DNA from: Anaeramoeba ignava BMAN
Taxonomy: Eukaryota > Protista > Anaeramoebae
Assembly: GCA_028826165.1 (NCBI GenBank)
Contig: JAPDFW010000022.1
Location: forward strand, 124,001-188,000
Reading direction: 5' to 3'
Length of the DNA stretch: 64,000 nt
A program made the translations under genes and the position numbers. The notes beneath the pieces were generated by a model. The model did no database searches. It was not told where the DNA came from and was given only the letters and a program-made list of their open reading frames with translations. Positions 36,657 through 48,200 of this stretch are shown piece by piece. How positions within the stretch are numbered: the first letter of the stretch is position 1; each line of letters starts with the position of its first letter.

Positions 36657-38265
36657 ATGGATAACAATAATAATAATAATAACCAAATTGAAAATGCAAA
36701 TCAAATTCAAAATCAAAATGAAATGAAAAATTTAGAAAAAAAAGTAACAAAAAATTTAATTGAAGATTATTCAAACCTTTTAAATGGAAATTCATTTAAA
36801 GATTTTTCAATTTTGTTGAGAATAAATCAAATCCTTTTGAAATTAAAGTTCATAAATCAATTTTATCTTCAAGATCTCCTTTTTAATGAATCATTAAGGC
36901 AAGAATCTCTTTCTATTTCTTTAAATCAATTTAATAAAAAAGAAATGGAATCAATTTTGAGTTATATTTATTATGGAAATATTTCTTTTGAGAATCAAGA
37001 AAATCTTATCCAATTATTAGAAATTTCAATTTATTTTAAATTAAATTTATTGAAAGAAATTATTCAAAAAAAATTTTAAATTCAATTAATTATTCAAATT
37101 TTTTCCAATTTTTATTCCAAAATCGAAATTTAAATTCAAATGAAATTGAAATAAAATGTTTTGAATTAATAAATCAAAATTTTTCCCAAATTCAGAATAA
37201 TGAGAATTTATTCAATTTAACTAAAGAAGAAATTATCAAATTTATTCAATTTAAACAAGAAAAAAAAGAAATTTTTCAATTTGATTTTTTTCAATTTTTA
37301 AATAATTGGATTGAAAAAAGAATTAAATCATTAAAATTAAGGAAATATAAACACAAAATGAATGCAAAGAAAAGATTATTTCATTCTTTTTTTTCATTAT
37401 TTGATAAAGATTCAATTTCAAAACAAGATTTTGATAAATTAAAACAATTTGAGATTTTTCTTCCTAAATCTTTTTTAGTTGATATTCAAAACAAAGTTAT
37501 TCAAGATAATCAAAAAGAAAATCAACAAATGAAAATTGAAATTGAAGAGAAATGGAAGATAAATGGAAGAAAGAAGTTGAAAATGGAACAAAAAAGAAAA
37601 GTTGAAGATAAAAACAAAGAAATTGAAGAAATGAGAAATGGAAGAAAGAGGTTGAGAAAATGAAACCTGTTTTTGATGAATATGAAAAGAAAATGCAAGA
37701 ATTAAAAAAGAATTTTCCTCAATTTGCAGATTCAGAAATTATTACAGAAGAAGAATATGTTAAGAAATTACAAGAATGGATAAATGATAATGATTTTTTT
37801 TCTAAAATGAAAAAAGGATTTTCAGCAAAAATAGATGGATTTAATTCTAAAAAATGGCATTCAATTTGTGATGATAAAGGAAAAACATTAGTTATTATCA
37901 AAACAAAACAAAATTTTATTTTTGGAGGTTTTACTCAAGTTGGATTTAATGGAAATACAGAATACATTAATGATTCAAATGCATTTATTTTTTCATTAAG
38001 AAATGATAAAGGAGATAGAATACCTGCAAAGTTTACATATAAACAAGGTGGTGCAATTTATTCTAATTTAAATTCTGGTCCAACATTTGGTGATGGAAGT
38101 AATGATTTTTGGTTATCTTCTAATTTACAACCTGGTTATTCAAATTTTGGTCGTAGTTATAATCTACCTAATGGAATTACTTATAATACAAATGAATCTT
38201 ATAGTTATTTAACTGGTTCTTTTGATAAATGGGTTGTTGATGAAGTTGAATCTTATTTCATTTAA
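36657..38265 (+). pseudogene. BTB-BACK-coiled-coil-TLDc paralog broken by several frameshifts (pseudogene or consensus errors)
   Basis: Pieces 36657..37079, 37358..37663 and 37660..38265; the BTB motif IKVHKSILSSRSP lies in an alternate frame near 36840-36880. The TLDc part is very similar to the 33907..35235 ORF and is intronless at GPTFGDGSNDFW. Confidence 0.7.
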
Positions 38266-38739
38266 AAATTAATTAATAATAAGAAAATCAAACTTTTTTT
38301 TTTAATTTTTTTTTTTCAAAATTTAATTCAATTTTAATTTACTTTTAATCAAATTAATTTCTTTAAAATAATAAATAAGAAACAAATTTAATTTTAAATA
38401 ATTTAATTTTAATTTAAAATATTTATTAAAAATTTAATTAATAAAAATAATCCAAAAAAAAAATAATAAATTTTAAAAATTGAATATTTTTAATATAATA
38501 AATAAAAATAAAAATTGAAAATAGAAATTAATAATAATTAAATTTAAATTCATTAATTAAAATATTAAAATAAAAAAAATCAAATAAAATTTATTATTAA
38601 TTAATATTTAAATATTAATAAATTATAATCAAAATCAAAAATAGAATAATTAGTAAATTATTTTTTTAGAAAGTTTATCTTATTCAATCATGTTAAATTC
38701 AATTTATTTAAAATTTTTTAATTTTTTAATTTTATTTTT

Positions 38740-39062
38740 AATATATTTTATTTTGGATTAAAATTGAAATAATAAATAATTAAAAATATTAATATAATAA
38801 ATGAAAATATTATATCAAATTAAAATAAAATAAATTTAAATTAAATTATTATTAAAAATTATTAAAATTAAATATATATCTTTATTAAAATATTTATTCC
38901 ACTTTTTAATATATTTTATTATAATTAAAATTGGAATAATAAATAATCAAAAATATTAATATAATAAATGAAAATATTATTTTAAATCAAAAATAAAATA
39001 AATTTAAATTAAATTATTATTAAATATTATTAAAATTAAATATTTATCTTTATTAAAAATAT
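38740..39062 (+). repeat. Two degenerate intergenic copies (~168 bp) of the micro-exon-array intron unit
   Basis: ATAATTAAAATT..AATAAATAATCAAAAATATTAATATAATAAAT...ATTATTAAAATTAAATATTTATCTTTATTAAAA matches the reverse complement of the 32182-33920 unit but lacks the GT/AG ends. Confidence 0.6.
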
Positions 39063-39074
39063 TTCGATTTTCTT

Positions 39075-39494
39075 CTTAATTTTATTAAATTATTGGGAAT
39101 AGTTTTATATTATTTTAAATAAATAAAATATTAATAAATATAAAATATAATTAATTTCAAATTTAATTATTTAATATTCTTTATTCCATTTTTGAAATAA
39201 ATTAATTAAAATATTTTTATTTATTTTATTAAATTATTGGGAATAATTTTATATTATTTTAAATAAATAAATATTAATAAAATATATAAAATATAATTAA
39301 TTTTAAATTTAATTATTTAATATTCTTTATTCCATTTTTGAAATAAATTAATGAAAATATTTTATTAATTTTATTAAATTATTGAGAATAATTTTATATT
39401 ATTTTAAATAAAGAAATATTAATAAAATATATAAAATATAATTAATTTTAAATTTAATTATTTAATATTCTTTATTCCATTTTTGAAATAAATT
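39075..39494. repeat. AT-rich satellite B, ~145-bp unit, ~3 copies
   Basis: TTATTCCAT at 39181, 39327, 39472. Confidence 0.8.
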
Positions 39495-39821
39495 AATGAA
39501 AAAGATTTTATAATTGAAAGAAAAGAAAAACAATATAAATTTCCTAAATTAATATTAATAATGAGAAGTGAATTATATCGAGGAATGTTTTTATCTGTAA
39601 CAGAAGATAAATCTAATAAAGTTACAGATTATAGTGAATTAAGTAATAAATCATTTCAAATATTTGAATATTGGATTTATTCAAATCAAATTAAAGATGA
39701 AATTCAAATTACACAAGAAATTATTAATGAAATTGAAATTGGAATTGATTATTTTCAATTAAATCAAACAAATCCAAATTTATTTGATTTATTAATTAAC
39801 AAATTTAATAATCAAAATTAA
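39495..39821 (+). pseudogene. 3' fragment of an RCC1-BTB gene (second BTB half only)
   Basis: NEKDFIIERKEKQYKFPKLILIMRSELYRGMF...NKFNNQN*, nearly identical to the C-termini of copies 1-3 and fused directly to satellite B. Confidence 0.8.
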
Positions 39822-40008
39822 AATTAAAATTAAAATTAAAATTAAAATCCAAAAATATTTTTTCATTTTTCATTTTTCATTTTTCAAATTTTAAATTTTC
39901 ATTTTTCTTAAAATTTTTTTAAATTCTTCAAAAAAAATTAAAATAAAATTAAAAAGAAAATCAAATTTTGAATACAAAATTAAAACAAATTTAAAATTAA
40001 AATTAAAA

Positions 40009-40896
40009 GAATATAAAGATGAAAACCTTTTAAAATTAAAACCACCTCAATTTTCAGAATTTTTCATTTTCAATTTTTGGTGAACAATTTTCAGTAATCA
40101 ATTTCAAAATCAATATCAATATCAATTTCAATTTCAATTTCAATTTCAATTTCAATATCAATTTCAATTCCAATTTCAATTTCAAAATCAATTTCAATTT
40201 CAATTTCAATTTCAATATCAATATCAATATCAATATCAATTTCAATTTCAAAATCAATTTAATTTCAATTTCAATTTCAATTTCAAAATCAATTTAATTT
40301 CAATTTCAATTTCAATTTCAAAATCAATTTCAATTTCAATATCAATTTCAAAATCAATTTCAATTTCAATATCAATTTCAAAATCAATTTCAAAATCAAT
40401 TTCAATTTCAATTTCAATATCAATTTAAATTTCAATATCAATTTCAATATCAATTTCAATTTCAATTTCAATTCCAATTCATTTCTTCTTCTCTTTTTCT
40501 TTTATTAAGACTCGTTTCTCAATTCCTCAATTTGAAGATTTAAAAAATAGAAGCGAAAATGCAAAACAACTTTTTGAAGATCTTAAAGGAAATGAAATTA
40601 ATGAACTTAAAAAATTAAATCATTCTTTATTGTTTTTATTTTATGAACTTGTTGATTTACTTTTAAAAAATCCTGATTTATTTTCATCTAAAATTCAAGC
40701 AATTGAAAATGTTTTAGTTAATTTTCATTATATTATTGATACAATTAGACTTCATCAAGCAAGAGAAATGATTATTGATATCTCAAAAGACCAAATTGAA
40801 AGAAGAAAAAAAGCAATTCAAAGTATTGAAGATTCTTTAATTAGCTCTCAAAAATCTATAAAAGATGTTATTGAAAAAATTAAAAACAAAAAATAA
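40009..40896 (+). CDS. MED7: Mediator subunit MED7 (5' end unresolved)
   Basis: EYKDENLLKLKPPQ..FSIFGEQFS, intron 40094-40509, then TRFSIPQFEDL...ELKKLNHSLLFLFYELVDLLLKNP...FHYIIDTIRLHQARE (cf. the MED7 'N.HHLINE.RPHQARE' motif). No plausible ATG found; one frameshift near 40060. Confidence 0.72.
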
Positions 40897-40934
40897 AAAT
40901 TTATTCAAAATTAATTTGTTTTTTCCTTTTCAAA

Positions 40935-42650
40935 AAAAATTAAAAATATAAAAAGAATATTAATTTTAAATAAATAATTTATTGTAAATAATTAAAATAA
41001 AATAATTTATAATTAAATTATTGATAACTTATTAATCCAAAAATTATTATAATATTATTAAAATATATTATTAAAAATATAAAAAGAATAAATATAATAA
41101 ATATAAATTTTAATTAAATAATTTATTGTAAATAATTAAAATGAATTAATTTATAATTAAATTATTAATAATTTATTAATCTAAAAATTAATATATTATT
41201 ATTAAAATATATTATTAAAAATATAAAAAGAATAAATAAAATAAATATTAATTTTAATTAAATAATTTTATTGTAAATAATTAAAATGAATTAATTTATA
41301 ATTAAATTATTAATAATTTATTAATCCAAAATTATTATATTATTATTAAAATATATTATTAAAAATATAAAAAGAATAAATAAAATAAATATAAATTTTA
41401 AATAAATAATTTTATTGTAAATAATTAAAATGAATTAATTTATAATTAAATTATTAATAACTTATTAATCTAAAATTAATATATTATTATTAAAAATATA
41501 TTATTAAAAATATAAAAAAGAATAAATATAATAAATATTAATTTTAATTAAATAATTTATTGTAAATAATTAAAATGAAATAATTTATAATTAAATAATT
41601 AATAACTTATTAATCCAAAAATTATTATAATATTATTAAAATATATTATTAAAAATATAAAAAGAATAAATATAATAAATATAAATTTTAAGTAAATAAT
41701 TTATTATAAATAATTAAAAATAAATTAATTTATAATTAAATTATTAATAAATTTATTAATCTAAAAATTATTATAATATTATTAAAATATATTATTAAAA
41801 AATATAAAAAGAATAAATAAAATAAATATTAAATTTTAATTAAATAATTTATTATAAATAATTAAAATGAATTAATTTATAATTAAATTATTAATAAATT
41901 TATTAATCAAAAATTAATATAATATTATTAAAATATATTGTTAAAAATATAAAAAGAATAAATATAATAAATATAAATTTTAATTAAATAATTTATTGTA
42001 AATAATTAAAATGAATTAATTTATAATTAAATTAATTGATAATTTATTAATCCAAAATTATTATATTATTATTAAAATATATTATTAAAAATATAAAAAA
42101 AGAATAAATATAATAAATATTAATTTTAATTAAATAATTTATTATAAATAATTAAAATGAATTAATTTATAATTAAATTATTAATAATTTATTAATCTAA
42201 AATTAATATAATGTTATTAAAATATATTATTAAAAATATAAAAAGAATAAATAAAATAAATATAAGTTTTTAATTAAATAATTTATTATAAATAATTAAA
42301 ATGAATTAATTTATAATTAAATAATTGATAATTTATTAATCCAAAATTATTATATTATTATTAAAATATATTATTAAAAATATAAAAAGAATAAATAAAA
42401 TAAATATTAATTTTAATTAAATAATTTATTGTAAATAATTAAAATGAATTAATTTATAATTAAATTATTAATAACTTATTAATCCAAAATTATTATATTA
42501 TTATTAAAATATATTATTAAAAATATAAAAAGAATAAATAAAATAAATATAAATTTTAATTAAATAATTTATTGTAAATAATTAAAATGAATTAATTTAT
42601 AATTAAATTATTAATAATTTATTAATCTAAAATTAATATAATGTTATTAA
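40935..42650. repeat. AT-rich satellite C, ~144-bp unit, ~12 copies
   Basis: AAAAAGAATAAAT recurs at ~143-146-bp spacing (41081, 41226, 41370, 41516, 41660...). Confidence 0.9.
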
Positions 42651-42959
42651 AATGAAAAGTGGAATTTATTTTTAAAAAGGAGAAAAAAAAATATTTAATT
42701 ATTTGTTTTATTCTTTTTTTTAAGTATAACTCTTTTTTTAAAGTTAATGATTAGTCATAATGGTTTTTTTTTAATTAAAATTTTTTTTCATTTTTTTCTT
42801 TTTTTTTTTTGCTTTTAAATTTTATTCACAAACTACAAATAATTTTTTTTTTAATTTTTTTCTCCTTTTTTTTTGCATAAAACAAATAATTTTTTTAACT
42901 TTTTTTAATAATTAAACTTTATACAAAAAACATTTGCAAATAATATATAAAAAGAAAAA

Positions 42960-43739
42960 ATGAATCCTTTTTTTATTGAAACAACAAATCCTTTTTCAGA
43001 TCTTTTCGAATTAGATTTTGATAACGAAAATTTATTCAAAGAAAGTAAGTGTCCTGATCTAACAAAGTCAAATGTATTAAATCAATGTGGGTTATTTCCA
43101 AATGACAAAGAAAACGAATATTATGGACAGTTACAAAGAGAAGAAACATTTGACAATTCAATAGATAGAAGAATAGAAGAAACAATAGAAACAAGTACTG
43201 TTAATAGTTCAATAAATTTAATAGAGTCGATTGATTTTAGTTCAAATTCAAATTCAAATTCAAATTCAAATTCAAATTCAATTTCAACTGATTTTAATTC
43301 AAATTCAAATTCAATTGATTTTAATTCAAATTCAACTTCAACTGATTTTAGTTCAAATTCAAATTCAATTGATTTTAATTCAAATTCAAATTCAACTGAT
43401 TTTAGTTCAAATTCAAATTCAGATTCAATTACTCAAAAACCAAAAAGAAAATATCAAAGAAAAAAAAGAAAAGAAGAAGATCAACAAACAAAAGAAGAAA
43501 AACTTCGACTTCGTCTTGAAAGAAATCGTATAAATGCTCGTCGATCAAGAGAAAGAAAAAAACTTTATGTTGAATCACTTGAAAAAGAAGTTCAATTTTT
43601 AAGAGAAGATAAAAAAGTAGTTAATTTACAACTTGAACAACTTAATATTCATAACGTAAAACTTCAAGCAGAAGTTGAAAGACTTAGAAAGTTTATCGAA
43701 AGTTTCAAAAAAGAAGATTTTCCACTTGATTTTAACTAA
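42960..43739 (+). CDS. bZIP transcription factor
   Basis: KLRLRLERNRINARRSRERKKLYVESLEKEVQFLRED followed by a heptad zipper; SN low-complexity linker. Confidence 0.9.
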   Translation: MNPFFIETTNPFSDLFELDFDNENLFKESKCPDLTKSNVLNQCGLFPNDKENEYYGQLQREETFDNSIDRRIEETIETSTVNSSINLIESIDFSSNSNSNSNSNSNSISTDFNSNSNSIDFNSNSTSTDFSSNSNSIDFNSNSNSTDFSSNSNSDSITQKPKRKYQRKKRKEEDQQTKEEKLRLRLERNRINARRSRERKKLYVESLEKEVQFLREDKKVVNLQLEQLNIHNVKLQAEVERLRKFIESFKKEDFPLDFN

Positions 43740-44135
43740 AAAAAAAATTTCAAAGATAAGAATTTTTTTCAATTTAATTTTCAATTTGATTTTGAATTTG
43801 ACTTTGAATTTGAATTTGATTTTGATTTTGCTTTGCTTTGCTTTGCTTTGATTTGATAATTTCGAATTTTTTTTTTTGATTTTAATTTTTTTTTTAATTT
43901 TTTTTGATTTAAATTTTTTTATTTTAATTTTTTTGATTTTGTTCAAAGTCACAAAAGGGAATTTCTATACATAATTTTTTTAGGATTTTTCTTTTTATTT
44001 TTTTTTTTTCTTCTTTTTCAAAAATAGATTAAAATGAAAATTTTTTAATCTTAAAGGAAAAGAAAAATAAATAAATAAAAAGAAAGGAAAAAATTTAAAT
44101 TTATTTTTTAATTTGAAATTTTTAAGTTAAATTTT

Positions 44136-45044
44136 TTAAAAAAGGCAAAATTCACTACTATAACCACATAAAAGAGTGTGGAATTGAAATAAAGAAGCAA
44201 TAATAACAAGTGAATGCCAAAAATGATGAGATTGACCAAAATAATCAAGTTTTCCAGCAAAAAATCTTTCAGGAAGTCTTAATTGATAAAGCAAAATTCC
44301 GATCAAATAAGACAAATACATCAAAAAAAAACTGAAAAAAACGGGTAAATAACGTTCTTTAGGGAAAATAAAAAGACCATGAAAAACAGGAACAGATCCA
44401 AGAAGAGCATAAATAAGATAATAACCAAATCTTTGCCATCTTTTTTCATAACCTTGGAAAGTGTCAGTTGAAGACATTACAAAATAAAAGGAAGTGGATA
44501 AAGCAAGTAAACTCAAATATAATTTTTGCAAAAAAGGAAAAGATCTATAAATAAAAAATAACGGTCCAATGTGCGAACCAGATCCAATAATAATAACACC
44601 GCATAAATCAATAAACAAGAGCTTTTTCTTGATATTTTTTGACATGCAATAAAAAGTGTGAAAAACAGTTGATGAACCAAGACATGATTCAACAGAAAAA
44701 ATATAATAAACAAAGAAGAATTTTTCTGTTCGAGTTGATTTTTGGAAAGTTTCTGATAAAACCAGTTTTATTAAAATTATGATGAATAAAATGAACCCAA
44801 AAAAATGAATGTAAATGTTCCATGTTTCGTTGTGAATAAATGTCAAAGATTTCAAACATTCTGTTTTATTCCAATTTACTCTATAACCTTTTTCAATATA
44901 TTTGTTATCTTGTAACCAATAAGGGATCTCTTTAAAAGTTATTAAATCTTGTTTTTTTGTTTTTTCATTTTCATTTTCATTTTCATTTTTGTTGTTATTT
45001 TTGTTATTTTTGTTATTTGTGTTATTTTTTAATCTTAAATTCAT
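44136..45044 (-). CDS. PAQR / adiponectin-receptor (haemolysin-III family) membrane protein
   Basis: IPYWLQDNKYIEKGYR, HNETWNIYIH, SSTVFHTF, D.CG, LPERFFAGKLDYFGQSHHFWH; about 7 hydrophobic segments. Confidence 0.9.
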   Translation of the reverse strand: MNLRLKNNTNNKNNKNNNKNENENENEKTKKQDLITFKEIPYWLQDNKYIEKGYRVNWNKTECLKSLTFIHNETWNIYIHFFGFILFIIILIKLVLSETFQKSTRTEKFFFVYYIFSVESCLGSSTVFHTFYCMSKNIKKKLLFIDLCGVIIIGSGSHIGPLFFIYRSFPFLQKLYLSLLALSTSFYFVMSSTDTFQGYEKRWQRFGYYLIYALLGSVPVFHGLFIFPKERYLPVFFSFFLMYLSYLIGILLYQLRLPERFFAGKLDYFGQSHHFWHSLVIIASLFQFHTLLCGYSSEFCLF

Positions 45045-45280
45045 AATCTGTTTTAATTTTCTTTATTTAAAAAAATATTTTTTTTTGAAAAGAAAAATTG
45101 AAAAAAAAAAATAATTTTTTTAAAAAAAAGAAATGTCAAATTGACAAATAAAAAAAAACTAAATTAAAATAATTATTAATGTTAATTACAAAATGTTTTT
45201 ATTCCATTTTTTTTTTAACAAAATATTTTTTTTTCATTTTTTTCATTTTCATTTTTTTTCTTTTTTTTTAAAAAAAAACA

Positions 45281-48200
45281 ATGACTACACAACATTCAGC
45301 AATTTCAGTTCAAGATTTTGTTTCTTTACAAGAAGAATTAGTCGGATTAAAACAACAAAAATATGAATTGCTTGAAAAATCAAGAACAAGTCAATTTCAA
45401 ATAGAAAAACTATCAAAAGAATTAAAAGAAGCTTTATCAAAAAATAAACGATTACAAAACGTAGTCGGAAAAAAAGGAGCAAAACAGCAACTTATTACTT
45501 TAATGAAAGAAAACGAAGAGTTGAAAGCAAATGTTCAAGATCTTCAAAATGAAATTAAAGAACATGATGAAGTATTCAAACAAAATATCAAAATTATTTC
45601 GGATGAAAATTCCAAAATGAAAAAAGAAAACGAAAAAATGAAGAAAAAAATTAAAAGTTCGGAAAAAGAAATTGATTCACTAAAATCAAAATATACAAAA
45701 ATTCTTCTTCAAAAAAACGAAGAAATTCGCAAAATTGCTTCTGATCAACACCAAAAAAAGCAATATTTTTCTTCTTTGTTTTCCTCTTTAACAGAAAATG
45801 TTCAAAATTTGATCCAGAATTTTCAATCTGGAAACAATGAAATTGAAAAAGATGATGAAAAAAATTTAACAAAACCTGATGAAGCACAAAAAAGTGAATT
45901 GCATGAGGTAAGCGATATAAATAATGAAGAAACTAAAGCAGAAAGTCCTCAAGAAACTTCACAAATTGAAGCGCAAAGAGAAGATGGAAATGAAAATGAA
46001 AACAAAATTGAAAATGAAAATGAAAACAAAATTGAAAATGAAAATGAAAACAAAATTGAAAATGAAAATGAAAACAAAATTGAGAATGAAAATGAAAACA
46101 AAATTGAAAATGAAAATGAAAACAAAATTGAAAATGAAAACAAAATTGAAAATGAAAATGAAAATGAAAATGAAAATCAAAATGAAAATGAAAACAAAAA
46201 TGAAAATGAAAACAAAATTGAAAATGGAAACAAAATTGAGAATGAAAATCAAAATCAAAATGAAAACAAAAATGAAAATGAAAATGAAAATGAAAACAAA
46301 ATTGAAAATGAAAACAAAATTGAAAACAAAATGAAAATCAAAATCAAAATGAAAATGAAAATGAAATTGAAAATGAAAACAAAATTGAAAATGAAAACAA
46401 AATTGAAAATGGAAATGAAAATGAAAACAAAATTGAAAATGAAAACAAAAATGAAAATGAAAATGAAAATGAAAATGAAAACAAAATTGAAAATCAAAAT
46501 CAAAATGAAAACAAAATTGAAAATGAAAATCAAAATCAAATTGAAAATCAAAATCAAAATCAAAAAACAGACCCAAAAATCATCAACTTTTTATCTCATT
46601 TACTTTCTATTCTTCAATCAGAAGAAATTCAACAAACAATTCAACCTTCTTTTGTTTCTCAACAACAAGAAAATAAACTAAATGAAGAACCAAAAAATTC
46701 AAAAGACTCTAAATCAAAAAATAAAGCAAAATCTCACTCAAAAAATCATAATTCACATCCATTAGAAGAAACAGATTCCAAAATACAAAGTGAAAAAAAA
46801 TCAAAGAAAAAATCCACAAAAAATGAAGATTCTGAAAAATCACAAAGAGCTGTTAAAACTGAAAGAAAAGACAAAAACTCTCGTAAATCAAGAACTCAAA
46901 AAAATGATAAAATAAATGAAAAAGAAAAAAACCAAAAAATTAAAAACGACAAAAGAAAAGAAAATATCCTTTCCAAGTACGAATTTAGTGAAAATCCAGA
47001 TGGAGATGGTTCAATTGATTTAACTGACGATTCTTATAATGCAAATACTATCAATGAAGTTGAAAAGAAAAATCAAAATGAGGATCAAAAAATATCAAAT
47101 AAAAATAAGAATAAAAATGAAAAAGAAAAAGAAAAAGAAAATAATCAAGAAAGCATACCAATATTTGAAACTAATGAAGAATATGAACTTGTTGTTGATG
47201 AAAATCGGAGATTAAACAGAAAAATTGGAGAACTGGAAAAAGAATTGGAGATGAAACAAAAAGAAATCGAAGAAACATCATCAAAGGCAAAAGAAGCAGA
47301 ATCACTTATAACAACAAGAACAATGGAATTAGTTGAAAAAGACAACAAAATCAATAACATTCTTGCACAATTCAACACAGTAAAAGAAGAATATCGAATC
47401 AAATCGCAATCATTATCAAAAGATTATTCAAAAGTATCATCTGAATTGGAAGCATATAAAAAAGAGATTCGAGAATCAAGAACCAAAATCCAAGAATTGG
47501 AATCACACAAAAAGGAAATCCATATTTCCTTAACAAAAAAAAATCAAGGATTAAAAGAAAAAGTTCAAAAATTAAAAGAAGAAAACAATAAATTGAATAG
47601 CGAACTTGAGCAAACAAAAGAAAAAGTGATCAAACTTGAGCAAAGAGTGAACTATTTGGAGGAATTTAATATTGAGAAAATGAAGGAAAAGGATCAAAAA
47701 ACAGCAGAAATTCTTAAAGAAAACGAGCAAATGCATTTGCAAAAAATCAAGGAAATAACGATAAAACATACAGAAGAATATAAGCATTTACAAACAGAAT
47801 ATACAAAAGTATTCGAAGAAAAAGAATCTTTGAAAAAAACCATTTCAGAATCAGAAAACAGGCTAAAACAAGCCGCTTTATCTGAGGAAGTATCAGATAA
47901 TATGATAAATACATTGAAAAATGAAAAAGTAAAATTGGAAACAGAAAAACAACAACTTCAAAAAGAAATTGGCGAAAAAGATAATCTTATTTTGAAAATG
48001 GAAACTAAAAGCAGTCAAGATGCTTTGGAGTTTAAAAAAGAAATACAAAAACTCAAGAATGATTTCCAAGATCGAGAAAATTTATTGCAATCCAATCAAT
48101 CTTCTCAAAATGAATTGAGAGAGAATTTACTTAGTTTGGAAAAAGAGAATCAAGAATTAAAAGAAAAACATCAAATTGAATTGGAATCAAATCAATCAAA

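Noticed and set aside
30870-42650. Satellites A, B and C as further micro-exon arrays or CRISPR-like arrays
   Set aside because: No AG-NNN-GT junctions on either strand, intergenic location, no unique spacers and no cas genes; eukaryotic context.
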